Assembly: GCA_963664875.1 (NCBI GenBank) | Contig: OY761611.1 | Location: forward strand, 1,248,001 to 1,312,000 | DNA from: Candidatus Kapaibacterium sp. | GTDB lineage: Bacteria; Bacteroidota; Ignavibacteria; Kapaibacteriales; UBA2268 | DNA length: 64,000 nucleotides | Direction of reading: 5' to 3' | Shown here: positions 8,961-17,345 of the stretch, in pieces | Layout: every line of letters starts with the position of its first letter | Numbering within the stretch: position 1 is the stretch's first letter | Position numbers and translations under genes: made by a program | The notes under the pieces: generated by a model | Told to the model about the DNA's origin: nothing | What the model saw: the letters and a program-made list of their open reading frames with translations, nothing else | Databases searched by the model: none

Positions 8961-10316
8961 CTATTTAACACCCCACGAAGCAGGCAATTTATCATCAACG
9001 GCAACGTGTTCGGTTGATTTCAATTCCCAATCTTCTTTCAAATCAGATTTGAACAAATACAAATCTTTGTTTCTGAGGCTGTCGCCTTCTTTTATAATAT
9101 GGCACGCATCATAACATGGTTTACCATCAGCAGGTGAACACTGTGCTGTTACTGTTCTGATATTATGAGGCGATGTATAATTATAAATTGGGAAAGCATC
9201 AAAATTAGCAAGTTTAGATTCACCATATTCTTTCCAGCTGTCAGGAGCCATAAGACTTCTTCTTACTAGAACCATTTTGCCCGGTCTGACATCTTGAATC
9301 GGATTGACACCTATTTTGTAGTCAAGATATGAAGGAACTCTTGCACCTTCACCATGAATGTGGCAGCTTCCGCAATTGTTATATGGTTGCGAGTGGCAAA
9401 CATAACAATTCAAATCATTGATATGCATCGAATGGTATTTATTTGCCTTTTCGAGACTACCATGGCAATCTGTACACTGAGGCAAATTAGGATCGTTGTA
9501 ACGGGTTTCATATTTGTTGCCGTCGCCGTGCATTTCTTGAGTGCCATGACATGCAAGACAATCAAATTTCATTTTTTCGAAGTGGATATCAACTTTTGTT
9601 CCCGGTGCCATTCCAAGATATGCGTGACCGCCTCGGCTTGAGTGACAAGCAACACAAGTATTAGTCATATCCGGTTTTCTGACGAAATTGTGTCCGTCTA
9701 TCAAACCGCCACCACCGGCAGGTGGTCTATTTATGTGACATTCGCCGCAGGTACCGTGGCATCTGGCACAGTTGAAATCATAACCGTGTTTCAGGTCATC
9801 AGGAAGCTGGTCAAACTCATGAGAGCCTGCAAGCCCGTATCTTGTTGTTACTTTTCTTTTTTGTCCCCACCCATTAACATGGATGCTGGTTAGAGCATTG
9901 TGCGATTTTGTAGGGTGGCACTCAGCACACTTATCCATAGCAACGTGTGAAGGAGCGCTAATAAAGTCACCAGAGTGAGCTTTAACCTTGTCATTTGTGC
10001 CTTCAACACCATTATGGCAATAAGTACAACCAAGTTTGTAGTGCTTAGATTGTTTGAATTTTTGATAACCCGAACCTCCAAGATAAACTCTGTCATAAGG
10101 TTCGATATGAACAACATCGCCGCTACAACCTCCTGCAACCTCTCCGGTATCAGGTGAATACACTGCTTTTAGCAATTCATAGTCTGCGTGGCAGCTTTCG
10201 CAGGTGCTGAGCACTTCAGTTTTGTCGATTGGTGTAGTATCTTCGTCATCGCTACAAGCTGAAATGACAGAAAGAGATACACTAATCAGTAATAAGAATA
10301 ATAGCCTTTTTTTCAT
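8961..10316 (-). CDS. Multiheme c-type cytochrome lipoprotein (10 CxxCH + 1 CxxxCH) with a non-heme GGCSG motif
   Basis: Lipobox ISAC; heme motifs counted manually; start MKKRL follows a GGAG RBS. Confidence 0.9.
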   Translation of the reverse strand: MKKRLLFLLLISVSLSVISACSDDEDTTPIDKTEVLSTCESCHADYELLKAVYSPDTGEVAGGCSGDVVHIEPYDRVYLGGSGYQKFKQSKHYKLGCTYCHNGVEGTNDKVKAHSGDFISAPSHVAMDKCAECHPTKSHNALTSIHVNGWGQKRKVTTRYGLAGSHEFDQLPDDLKHGYDFNCARCHGTCGECHINRPPAGGGGLIDGHNFVRKPDMTNTCVACHSSRGGHAYLGMAPGTKVDIHFEKMKFDCLACHGTQEMHGDGNKYETRYNDPNLPQCTDCHGSLEKANKYHSMHINDLNCYVCHSQPYNNCGSCHIHGEGARVPSYLDYKIGVNPIQDVRPGKMVLVRRSLMAPDSWKEYGESKLANFDAFPIYNYTSPHNIRTVTAQCSPADGKPCYDACHIIKEGDSLRNKDLYLFKSDLKEDWELKSTEHVAVDDKLPASWGVK

Positions 10317-10347
10317 GGCGTACTCCAATATATATTACCCATGTGAA

Positions 10348-12456
10348 TTATTTCGGGTTATGACAATCTGAGCAATATTGATTCAAAATATCTTTATCCA
10401 AACCGCCAGGGTGAATAAATGTGTTTGCATTTAAACTATCCGCCAAAGGTTTTCCGGCAACAAGTTTGGTAGTAATAGTATGGCATAAATTGCAATCATT
10501 GCTCAAAACCTCTCCTGCTTTATTCACGTGATTACCGTCATGGCATCTGAAACACCCTTTGCTGTATAGGTGCGATTCGTGATTAGCATAAACTTTCCAA
10601 TTTGCATTCATCTCAGGGAAATAGTTTTTGAGGTAAATTGCATTCAATTCAATTATAGCCAGATTTAATTCATCTCGCATATCTATAGGAACGTTTGGAT
10701 AATTCTCTTTATAATATTTAGTCAAAGCATTTTTGATTTCCTCAATCGAATTTTCTCTTGATTTCAAAGATTCTAATACTCTAACGCCAATTTTTTTGAT
10801 ATTCGGCAATTTTGAATTTATTTTGTCATAAGCCATATAGGCATTTATTGTCTGATATGGGTCGTTATAAACATGCGACGGCCTATTGTGGCAGTCTATA
10901 CAGTCAAATTTCTTAAATTGAGCAGTTGGTGATATTTGCTTGCCTGTCAATCTATAGACTGTTTCTTTTCCGTCAGTTTTTGATATAGCTTTTACTAAAG
11001 GAATCGCATCATCCGGGTTATCTGGTTCGATATAAAGAATATCTTTGCTTATTCCCATGTGATAGTGAATGCCGGAACTGATACCGATTTCTCTGTTACC
11101 ACCACCTACTTTCATAGTTAGTGTGATACTATAGTGAGTATTTTCTTCGTCAGAGAGGAAATAATCACGCTTGAAAGATTTTTGTTCGTAATATTTTTCT
11201 TCCCAGTGGCATTTTTTACATGCTTCGGGAGACGGTCTCAAATATGTTGTAGGAGCTCCTAATGGCTTTTCATAACTGTCAGTAATGGTCATATATACCT
11301 GTGGCAAGCCGCTAAGTCTGTTTTGATCCCAAAACGAACTTTTTTCAGTGAAGTGGCAATCCACACATGCAATCTTAGAGTGCGGAGAAGATGCGTAAGT
11401 AACACTCACGGGTTCCATAACTTCGTGGCAGGCTTCCATACAAAAGCTGTTAGATTCTGTATATTCGTAGGCTTTCCTGCTACCGTAAATAGTAGTAATA
11501 ACAATAGTAAATGACACAACAGAAATGAGAAAGAAAAATAGCTGATGTTTTGCTCTGTTAAAGTCTAACAGAGGCAATCTGCGTTCTATATTTTTTTGTT
11601 TGTTTCTGTTTTCGTTTAGCCAACCAATCAGGATTACTATCAATCCCAAGAATAGAACCGAAGGAATGATAATGTAAGTAATCAGCCTTGTATAAGGATT
11701 GTTTGTCCCTACTAAAAACTCAAAAATTAAGAGTAGAACTATAAACACTAAGCTGAGCATAGTAATAAATGCACCGGATAGGGAGATTGGATTAGTAAGT
11801 AAGCTTGGTAATTTATCTTCATGTTCTTCTTCGTGATGATCTTCGTGTACTACGTGATAACCTGTAAACATAGCTATAAAGTGTTCGGAAGGAGTATTAC
11901 CTGTCGTTGCAAGATAGATATGAACAAACATAAATATCGTTAGGAAAAATCCCATTACAGTGTGTAGCATTGCCATAGGCCATACACCACCCATTCCGAA
12001 TATCTCATCAGGAGCCAGCTCCGGAAACATTAGAAACCAACCGGAAGCAATAATTACAGGAAATCCTATAAATACTATAAAGAAATAAGCCATCTGCTGC
12101 ATAGGATTAAACTTTTCTTTTTCACTAGCATGATAAGGATGCGGTTCGCCGAGGAAAATACCAAAAGTGTAAAACCTTGCCTGCTTTATAGAGCGAGTAA
12201 TAAAATTTCTCAAAGATGGCAAATAGTGCTTTATATTGCCGGAACTTATGTTTAAGATAAAATAAAAAAGATATAGAAAAGATAAGGCTATACCAGAAGT
12301 ATTGTGAGCAATCATAGCCACTTCGAAAGAAAAAAGAAAATCTCCGCTGCCGGCATAGTGCAAACTCATACCTGAAACGATAAGCACTACAAAGATTAGT
12401 GCGTTTAGCCAATGCCAAAGTCTGAGCCAAATCGGATATAAATATAACTTTTTCAT
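10348..12456 (-). CDS. Fusion of cytochrome b (CbcB/PhsC-like) with an ImcH-like NapC/NirT heptaheme cytochrome c
   Basis: N-terminal RLWHWLNA..H..KFNPMQQ..H..VHIYL diheme b domain; His-rich linker; 3 TM helices, then FCMEACHEVM..SPHSKIACVDCH and 5 more CxxCH. Confidence 0.85.
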   Translation of the reverse strand: MKKLYLYPIWLRLWHWLNALIFVVLIVSGMSLHYAGSGDFLFSFEVAMIAHNTSGIALSFLYLFYFILNISSGNIKHYLPSLRNFITRSIKQARFYTFGIFLGEPHPYHASEKEKFNPMQQMAYFFIVFIGFPVIIASGWFLMFPELAPDEIFGMGGVWPMAMLHTVMGFFLTIFMFVHIYLATTGNTPSEHFIAMFTGYHVVHEDHHEEEHEDKLPSLLTNPISLSGAFITMLSLVFIVLLLIFEFLVGTNNPYTRLITYIIIPSVLFLGLIVILIGWLNENRNKQKNIERRLPLLDFNRAKHQLFFFLISVVSFTIVITTIYGSRKAYEYTESNSFCMEACHEVMEPVSVTYASSPHSKIACVDCHFTEKSSFWDQNRLSGLPQVYMTITDSYEKPLGAPTTYLRPSPEACKKCHWEEKYYEQKSFKRDYFLSDEENTHYSITLTMKVGGGNREIGISSGIHYHMGISKDILYIEPDNPDDAIPLVKAISKTDGKETVYRLTGKQISPTAQFKKFDCIDCHNRPSHVYNDPYQTINAYMAYDKINSKLPNIKKIGVRVLESLKSRENSIEEIKNALTKYYKENYPNVPIDMRDELNLAIIELNAIYLKNYFPEMNANWKVYANHESHLYSKGCFRCHDGNHVNKAGEVLSNDCNLCHTITTKLVAGKPLADSLNANTFIHPGGLDKDILNQYCSDCHNPK

Positions 12457-12457
12457 C

Positions 12458-13897
12458 TTATTTTCTTCCTGAACGTTTGAAATACCATCTTAAAAAGCTG
12501 TGAAGAACCAAAAATACAGCAGTAATGCTTAGAAGCATAATAAAGCCGGTATCTAAGATTGCATTCCTTGTGGTCCCTACAACATAAGCGTCGCTTAAAA
12601 TTGTACCGTTTATAAAACCAAATTTTTCTCTTGATTTTTCTTTTTCGTGTTTATATAGCTTTGTCATCAATATTGAATTTTTTGAGTGACACTCTTCGCA
12701 CTTTTGTACAGTTTTTTCAGGGGGTAAAATGTCGTGAGACATGTGCGGTTGCGAAAAAGATGAGTGACAGTCTGTGCATCTGACAGTCTCCCAGTGTATG
12801 GACATTTTAGGGAGCCATTCGTGAGCTTCCTGCACTGTACTTACATCATATTTATCCATCATTGCTTTGTCAACGTGGCAGACCACACAATACACCATCT
12901 GATTTTCGATAAATGTTGTTTTATTTATATGATTAGCAGTGAAAACAGATGCCTTGATGTCCGGAATTTTTGCTATATCATGTTCACCATGGCAAAATGT
13001 ACAAGCCGGCGAATCCGGATTGCCTTTAGCGAGTGCTTTGCCGTGTATGCTCATTTCATATTCGTGAGCAACTGAGATATGGCATTTACCACATACTTTA
13101 GATATTTTTGACTTATGAACTGTCGAATTTGGAGAAGAAGATTTTTGCAAATCATGAGTACCGTGGCAATCAATACATGTAGCTGCATTTTGATTGCCTG
13201 ACATCAACTGGCTACCATGCACACTTTTTTCGTAATTCACTAAGGATTTTGAGTGTGATGTCTGATTTTCTGACTTGATATGGCAGCTGATGCAAAGCTT
13301 TTCCTGATTGATTTTCAGCTGCAAAGCATTTTTTTCACTTGCAGGCGTAATAGCACTTCTGTGGCACGAAATACATGTCGGAGACCTATGACTGTTTTCA
13401 ACAAATTTGTGCTCACTGGTATTATGCAATTTTACCACATCTTCATGGCAAGCACCACAGTAAGCTACAGATTTGGAAGCATGCATTGGTGATTCTTCAG
13501 ATTTTGGACTAACAACCTGATGAGTCCCGTGACAAGCCTTGCAATCATTTAGCTTAGCATAATCTTTGTGATTTTTATTTTGCATAGCCGCATGAAAAAG
13601 ATGTTTTTTAGCAGCATCTGTATGGCATGATGCACAATCGATTGGCTTTATATTTTCAGCATGCGGGACATCCTCTGCATTGAAGCCTTTGTGGCAATCA
13701 ACACATTTTAACTTACTATGCGGAGAATTAGCCAAATCAGCAGCTTTCACATAAAGCGAAATCTCTTTGCCATTTTTCTCCATAGAAATGTCTTTATCCG
13801 AGTGACATTCCATACATAGTTCTTCAGCAGAAGCAGATAGTCCCAAGCCGACAACTAAAATCAGGGCTGTAAACATCAGGAGAAAATAATTTTTCAT
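12458..13897 (-). CDS. 13-heme c-type cytochrome with C-terminal membrane anchor (CbcA-like)
   Basis: Signal peptide; 13 CxxCH; C-terminal YVVGTTRN..TM helix..H..LR; stop codon 1 nt before the cytochrome b gene; ORF track start 13909. Confidence 0.88.
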   Translation of the reverse strand: MKNYFLLMFTALILVVGLGLSASAEELCMECHSDKDISMEKNGKEISLYVKAADLANSPHSKLKCVDCHKGFNAEDVPHAENIKPIDCASCHTDAAKKHLFHAAMQNKNHKDYAKLNDCKACHGTHQVVSPKSEESPMHASKSVAYCGACHEDVVKLHNTSEHKFVENSHRSPTCISCHRSAITPASEKNALQLKINQEKLCISCHIKSENQTSHSKSLVNYEKSVHGSQLMSGNQNAATCIDCHGTHDLQKSSSPNSTVHKSKISKVCGKCHISVAHEYEMSIHGKALAKGNPDSPACTFCHGEHDIAKIPDIKASVFTANHINKTTFIENQMVYCVVCHVDKAMMDKYDVSTVQEAHEWLPKMSIHWETVRCTDCHSSFSQPHMSHDILPPEKTVQKCEECHSKNSILMTKLYKHEKEKSREKFGFINGTILSDAYVVGTTRNAILDTGFIMLLSITAVFLVLHSFLRWYFKRSGRK

Positions 13898-13909
13898 GAC
13901 ATCATCCAT

Positions 13910-14364
13910 CGGATATAATTAAATATGAAGATAAGATATACAACTTGTAAAAATCCTACAATTATATCTTTGTAATTTTGATAAAATAAGCCCCCTTAAA
14001 TATATTTTTAGTTTTACCTAATAGAAATAAATTGCTACATATCAATATATTGAAATATAAGACTCTTTAAGTCCGATATAAAGGGCTTTAAAGAATTATT
14101 TTATTGGTATATAGTTGCCTCATACACTTTTAGTCTTGCCTAATAATTATCCGAAATATAACATGAGAAATTTTCAATTGCAGATAAAATTTTCTCAAAA
14201 TTTCTTATTTATATTTCGTATATTAAAATAGGATAGATTATATTGTGTTATGCTCTTACTGCTAATAGGCCATCAACGTCCTTATTATTTATAGAGCTTA
14301 ATAGAGGAATCTTTCCAAGATACAAATTGGTAATACAATTTTTATAATAACACAGGAGGTATTT
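13910..14364. promoter_or_regulatory. AT-rich divergent promoter region of the cytochrome island
   Basis: Non-coding gap between divergent operons; contains palindromes TTGTA-N7-TACAA (13945-13961) and TGAGAAA-N20-TTTCTCA (14164-14197). Confidence 0.55.
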
Positions 14365-14958
14365 ATGAAATTGAAAAAAGTGATTTTCGGATTTATCGCT
14401 GTTGCCACCATGGCAGGTGTTGTTTCTACAATATCGCTAACTTCGGTAACAAGCAAAGAAAGCCCTAAGTACATCGGTGCAGACAAATGTAAAATGTGCC
14501 ACAAAGGCGAAAAAAAAGGTGACCAGTTTAAAATATGGTCAGAAGGTGCACACGCAAAAGCTTATGCTACTTTGGCAAGTGCAGAATCTAAAGCTATCGC
14601 TGCAAAAATGGGAATAGCTGACCCTCAAAAAGCTCCTGAGTGTTTGAAATGCCACGTAACAGCCTACAATGTAGATGCTTCTCTCAAAGAAAAAACATTG
14701 AAATTAGAAGAAGGTGTTTCGTGCGAATCTTGCCACGGTCCCGGTTCTGAGTATAAAAATATGACTGTGATGAAAGACATTAGTTTAGGTAAAATCGATG
14801 GTGCTGACTTAGGCTTCAAACAGCAAACTGCAGAACTTTGCAAGCAGTGCCACAACGAAGAATCACCTACATACAAAGAATTCAAATTTGAAGAAAGAGT
14901 TAAAGAAATTGCACATCCGATGCCGGATGCTTATAAAAAGGAAAAAGGATATAAATAA
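14365..14958 (+). CDS. Tetraheme c-type cytochrome (cytochrome c554-like)
   Basis: YIGADKCKMCH..W..GAHAKAY..CLKCH..EGVSCESCHGPGS..CKQCH; N-terminal signal/anchor; AGGAGG RBS. Confidence 0.9.
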   Translation: MKLKKVIFGFIAVATMAGVVSTISLTSVTSKESPKYIGADKCKMCHKGEKKGDQFKIWSEGAHAKAYATLASAESKAIAAKMGIADPQKAPECLKCHVTAYNVDASLKEKTLKLEEGVSCESCHGPGSEYKNMTVMKDISLGKIDGADLGFKQQTAELCKQCHNEESPTYKEFKFEERVKEIAHPMPDAYKKEKGYK

Positions 14959-15016
14959 GATATTGATTGTATGAAGCAATCATACTTTTTTTCCATAACT
15001 ATTTTTGGAGGTCATA

Positions 15017-16033
15017 GTGAAAAAAACTATCCAAATGCTTTCGATGCTACTTGTGCTGGTAGTATTGGGAGGAATGTTCTCAGCTTGCGAAGGTCCGGAA
15101 GGTCCGGAAGGTCCGGCTGGGAAAACAGGACAAAATGCTCTTGCAACATGTGACAATTGTCACGACGTTAGTACTGATTTGAAAGCAAGAATGCTTCAGT
15201 ACGCAAAATCTACTCACGCGTTAGGTGGTAACTTCGAAAGAAGTACTGCTGATTGTGCTCCATGTCACACTCACGAAGGTTTCGTAAATGTATTAGCAAC
15301 CGGCGAAACTGGTGATATTAGTAATCCAACTCCTCCGGGTTGCCGTACTTGTCATAATATTCATACTACTTATACAGTAGATGATTATGCATTGACTGCT
15401 ACAGCTCCTGTAGAATTAGCGGTGGGTAGCAAAACATTCGACAAAGGTAAAAGTAATTTGTGTGCAAATTGCCACCAATCACGTCCTTTCACTTTGCCTG
15501 AATTCAATGATTCAGAATTTTCTATCACAAGTTCTAGATTTGGTCCTCACCATGGTCCTCAATCTAATTTAATTATGGCTGCCGGTTTAGTTGAAATCCC
15601 TGGCAACGCATCATATCCATCTACAAACCCACATGCGGGTACTGGTGATGGTTGCGTTGATTGCCACATGGCAAATGCTTACGGCACTCAGGCAGGTGGA
15701 CATACAATGTCTGTTGCTTATGATTACCATGGAACAATTGAACCAAATACTGCTGGCTGTATTTCTTGTCACACTGACGAAACAGAACTTATTACTAAAC
15801 TTGAAGACTACAAAACAGAAATGGATGGTTTAATGACTCAAATTTCTGAAATATTAGTAGAAAAAGGTCTTTTGACTGCTACAGGAAGTGCAGTAGCAGG
15901 CAAAACAACAGGTAAATTAGCTTCTGCTCTTCTTAACTATAGAACTATAGCAATAGAAGATAGATCTTATGGTGTTCACAATCCGAAATATGTAAGAGCT
16001 CTACTCAAAAACACATTAGAGTCTCTACAGTAA
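15017..16033 (+). CDS. Hexaheme c-type cytochrome lipoprotein with collagen-like tether
   Basis: GTG start after GGAGG; lipobox FSAC; (Gly-X-Y)5 segment GPEGPEGPAGKTGQN; 6 CxxCH; C-terminal DRSYGVHNPKY. Confidence 0.88.
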   Translation: MKKTIQMLSMLLVLVVLGGMFSACEGPEGPEGPAGKTGQNALATCDNCHDVSTDLKARMLQYAKSTHALGGNFERSTADCAPCHTHEGFVNVLATGETGDISNPTPPGCRTCHNIHTTYTVDDYALTATAPVELAVGSKTFDKGKSNLCANCHQSRPFTLPEFNDSEFSITSSRFGPHHGPQSNLIMAAGLVEIPGNASYPSTNPHAGTGDGCVDCHMANAYGTQAGGHTMSVAYDYHGTIEPNTAGCISCHTDETELITKLEDYKTEMDGLMTQISEILVEKGLLTATGSAVAGKTTGKLASALLNYRTIAIEDRSYGVHNPKYVRALLKNTLESLQ

Positions 16034-16038
16034 CATAA

Positions 16039-16112
16039 ATGGTCTGCCCTCCGCTGCTAAGCCTAAAGGAGCACTTAGGCTTAGCACCCGGGGCAGTACC
16101 ATATTTTTTTTT
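16039..16112 (+). terminator. Long intra-operon stem-loop / intrinsic terminator
   Basis: Perfect 12-bp stem TGCTAAGCCTAA/TTAGGCTTAGCA with outer CTGCCC/GGGCAG and ATGGT/ACCAT pairing, followed by a T9 run. Confidence 0.75.
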
Positions 16113-16130
16113 ATTCAGGAGCAAGCTATT

Positions 16131-17345
16131 ATGAGGAAATACTTATTACTCTTATGTTTTTTTACGGTAGCATATTTTGCTCAGGCAGATTTAACTTACA
16201 AAGCAAAAGTTACTTCCGGGCTTTTCTCAGGAGCTCAATTTTACAATAGAGAAAACCTCGAAGACAGATTGCTTAATCCTAACGAAGATGCTTACAGATG
16301 GTACAACCGTATAGCACTACAAAGCACTTATGACAGATTTTCTGTTAACTTTAATGCTATTCGTAGTGATTATCTTGACTTTGACGGAGTCAAACCTTAC
16401 TTCCCTCGAAATGAAATTAACGAAACTAAAATGTATCAGGCTTATGCTCAGTATAAGTTCGATGACGGTAATATCAAATTAGGTAGAGTAATGCCGTTTT
16501 CAAGATGGTATTTTAGCTCTGTCGATGGCGGTTCTTTTGATTATCAGGTCAATTCCAATTTTTCTGTAAGTGCTTTTGCAGGTAGTGATGTAGATTACGG
16601 TCTTTTTGTTGATGATGACAACAGAAAAGCCGTTGGCTACACAGAAATTGCCTATCGCGAGCAAAATTATGGCGGTAAAGTAAAATACTTGTACGCTAAC
16701 GAAGAATCTAAACTTGGAACTGATTTGTTTTTTAGAACAGATAAGCATCGTGTAGCTGCAAACATTGGTTATGATGCGACTAACTCTCGCCTATTTGATG
16801 CAGGTTTAGGATATTTTGCTTACTTAACACCTGAGCTTAATGTTTCTGCTAATTACTTACGTACAATTCCTATCAGCTGGAGCTATAAATTCTATTCCGA
16901 ATATATAGACAGAGTTCAGATTGGAATCAGCTATGATTTAGGTAAAAACTATACAGTATCTTTAAAACAGATGCTTGGTCTTGCTGATGGTAATTCAAAC
17001 TATTTGACTTATCTCTATCTCACTCATAAATACTTTTATGTAGGTTTAAATTATTTATCAGGCGATATGGAAGCAGAACGCTTAGCTATCACTTGTGGCG
17101 GACAGTATTCCCCTATGGATAACTTAATGCTTCAAGCCGGTATAGCTTCTGTAGATCATATGTTTGATAATTTTTACTATAAAGACGAACAAACATATTC
17201 TTCGTACTTCAAAGTAAGATACAAAGCACTGGACTATTTAAACCTTGCTGCCTACGCAAACTACTACCACCAAAATTCTATGTTTGATAACAAATGGCGT
17301 GGCGGTCTGACTGCCCAACTTATACTCGCAGGAGGTGGGAAATGA
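16131..17345 (+). CDS. Putative outer-membrane beta-barrel (porin of a porin-cytochrome conduit)
   Basis: Signal peptide (AQA); Tyr/Phe/Gly-rich alternating amphipathic strands; no heme motifs; flanked by multiheme cytochromes. Confidence 0.72.
   Translation: MRKYLLLLCFFTVAYFAQADLTYKAKVTSGLFSGAQFYNRENLEDRLLNPNEDAYRWYNRIALQSTYDRFSVNFNAIRSDYLDFDGVKPYFPRNEINETKMYQAYAQYKFDDGNIKLGRVMPFSRWYFSSVDGGSFDYQVNSNFSVSAFAGSDVDYGLFVDDDNRKAVGYTEIAYREQNYGGKVKYLYANEESKLGTDLFFRTDKHRVAANIGYDATNSRLFDAGLGYFAYLTPELNVSANYLRTIPISWSYKFYSEYIDRVQIGISYDLGKNYTVSLKQMLGLADGNSNYLTYLYLTHKYFYVGLNYLSGDMEAERLAITCGGQYSPMDNLMLQAGIASVDHMFDNFYYKDEQTYSSYFKVRYKALDYLNLAAYANYYHQNSMFDNKWRGGLTAQLILAGGGK

Noticed and set aside
15017-16033. 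Hexaheme cytochrome as an OmcS-type nanowire subunit
   Set aside because: Only the heme count matches; it is a lipoprotein with a collagen-like tether and a GVHNP C-terminus, and I see no OmcS-like motif spacing
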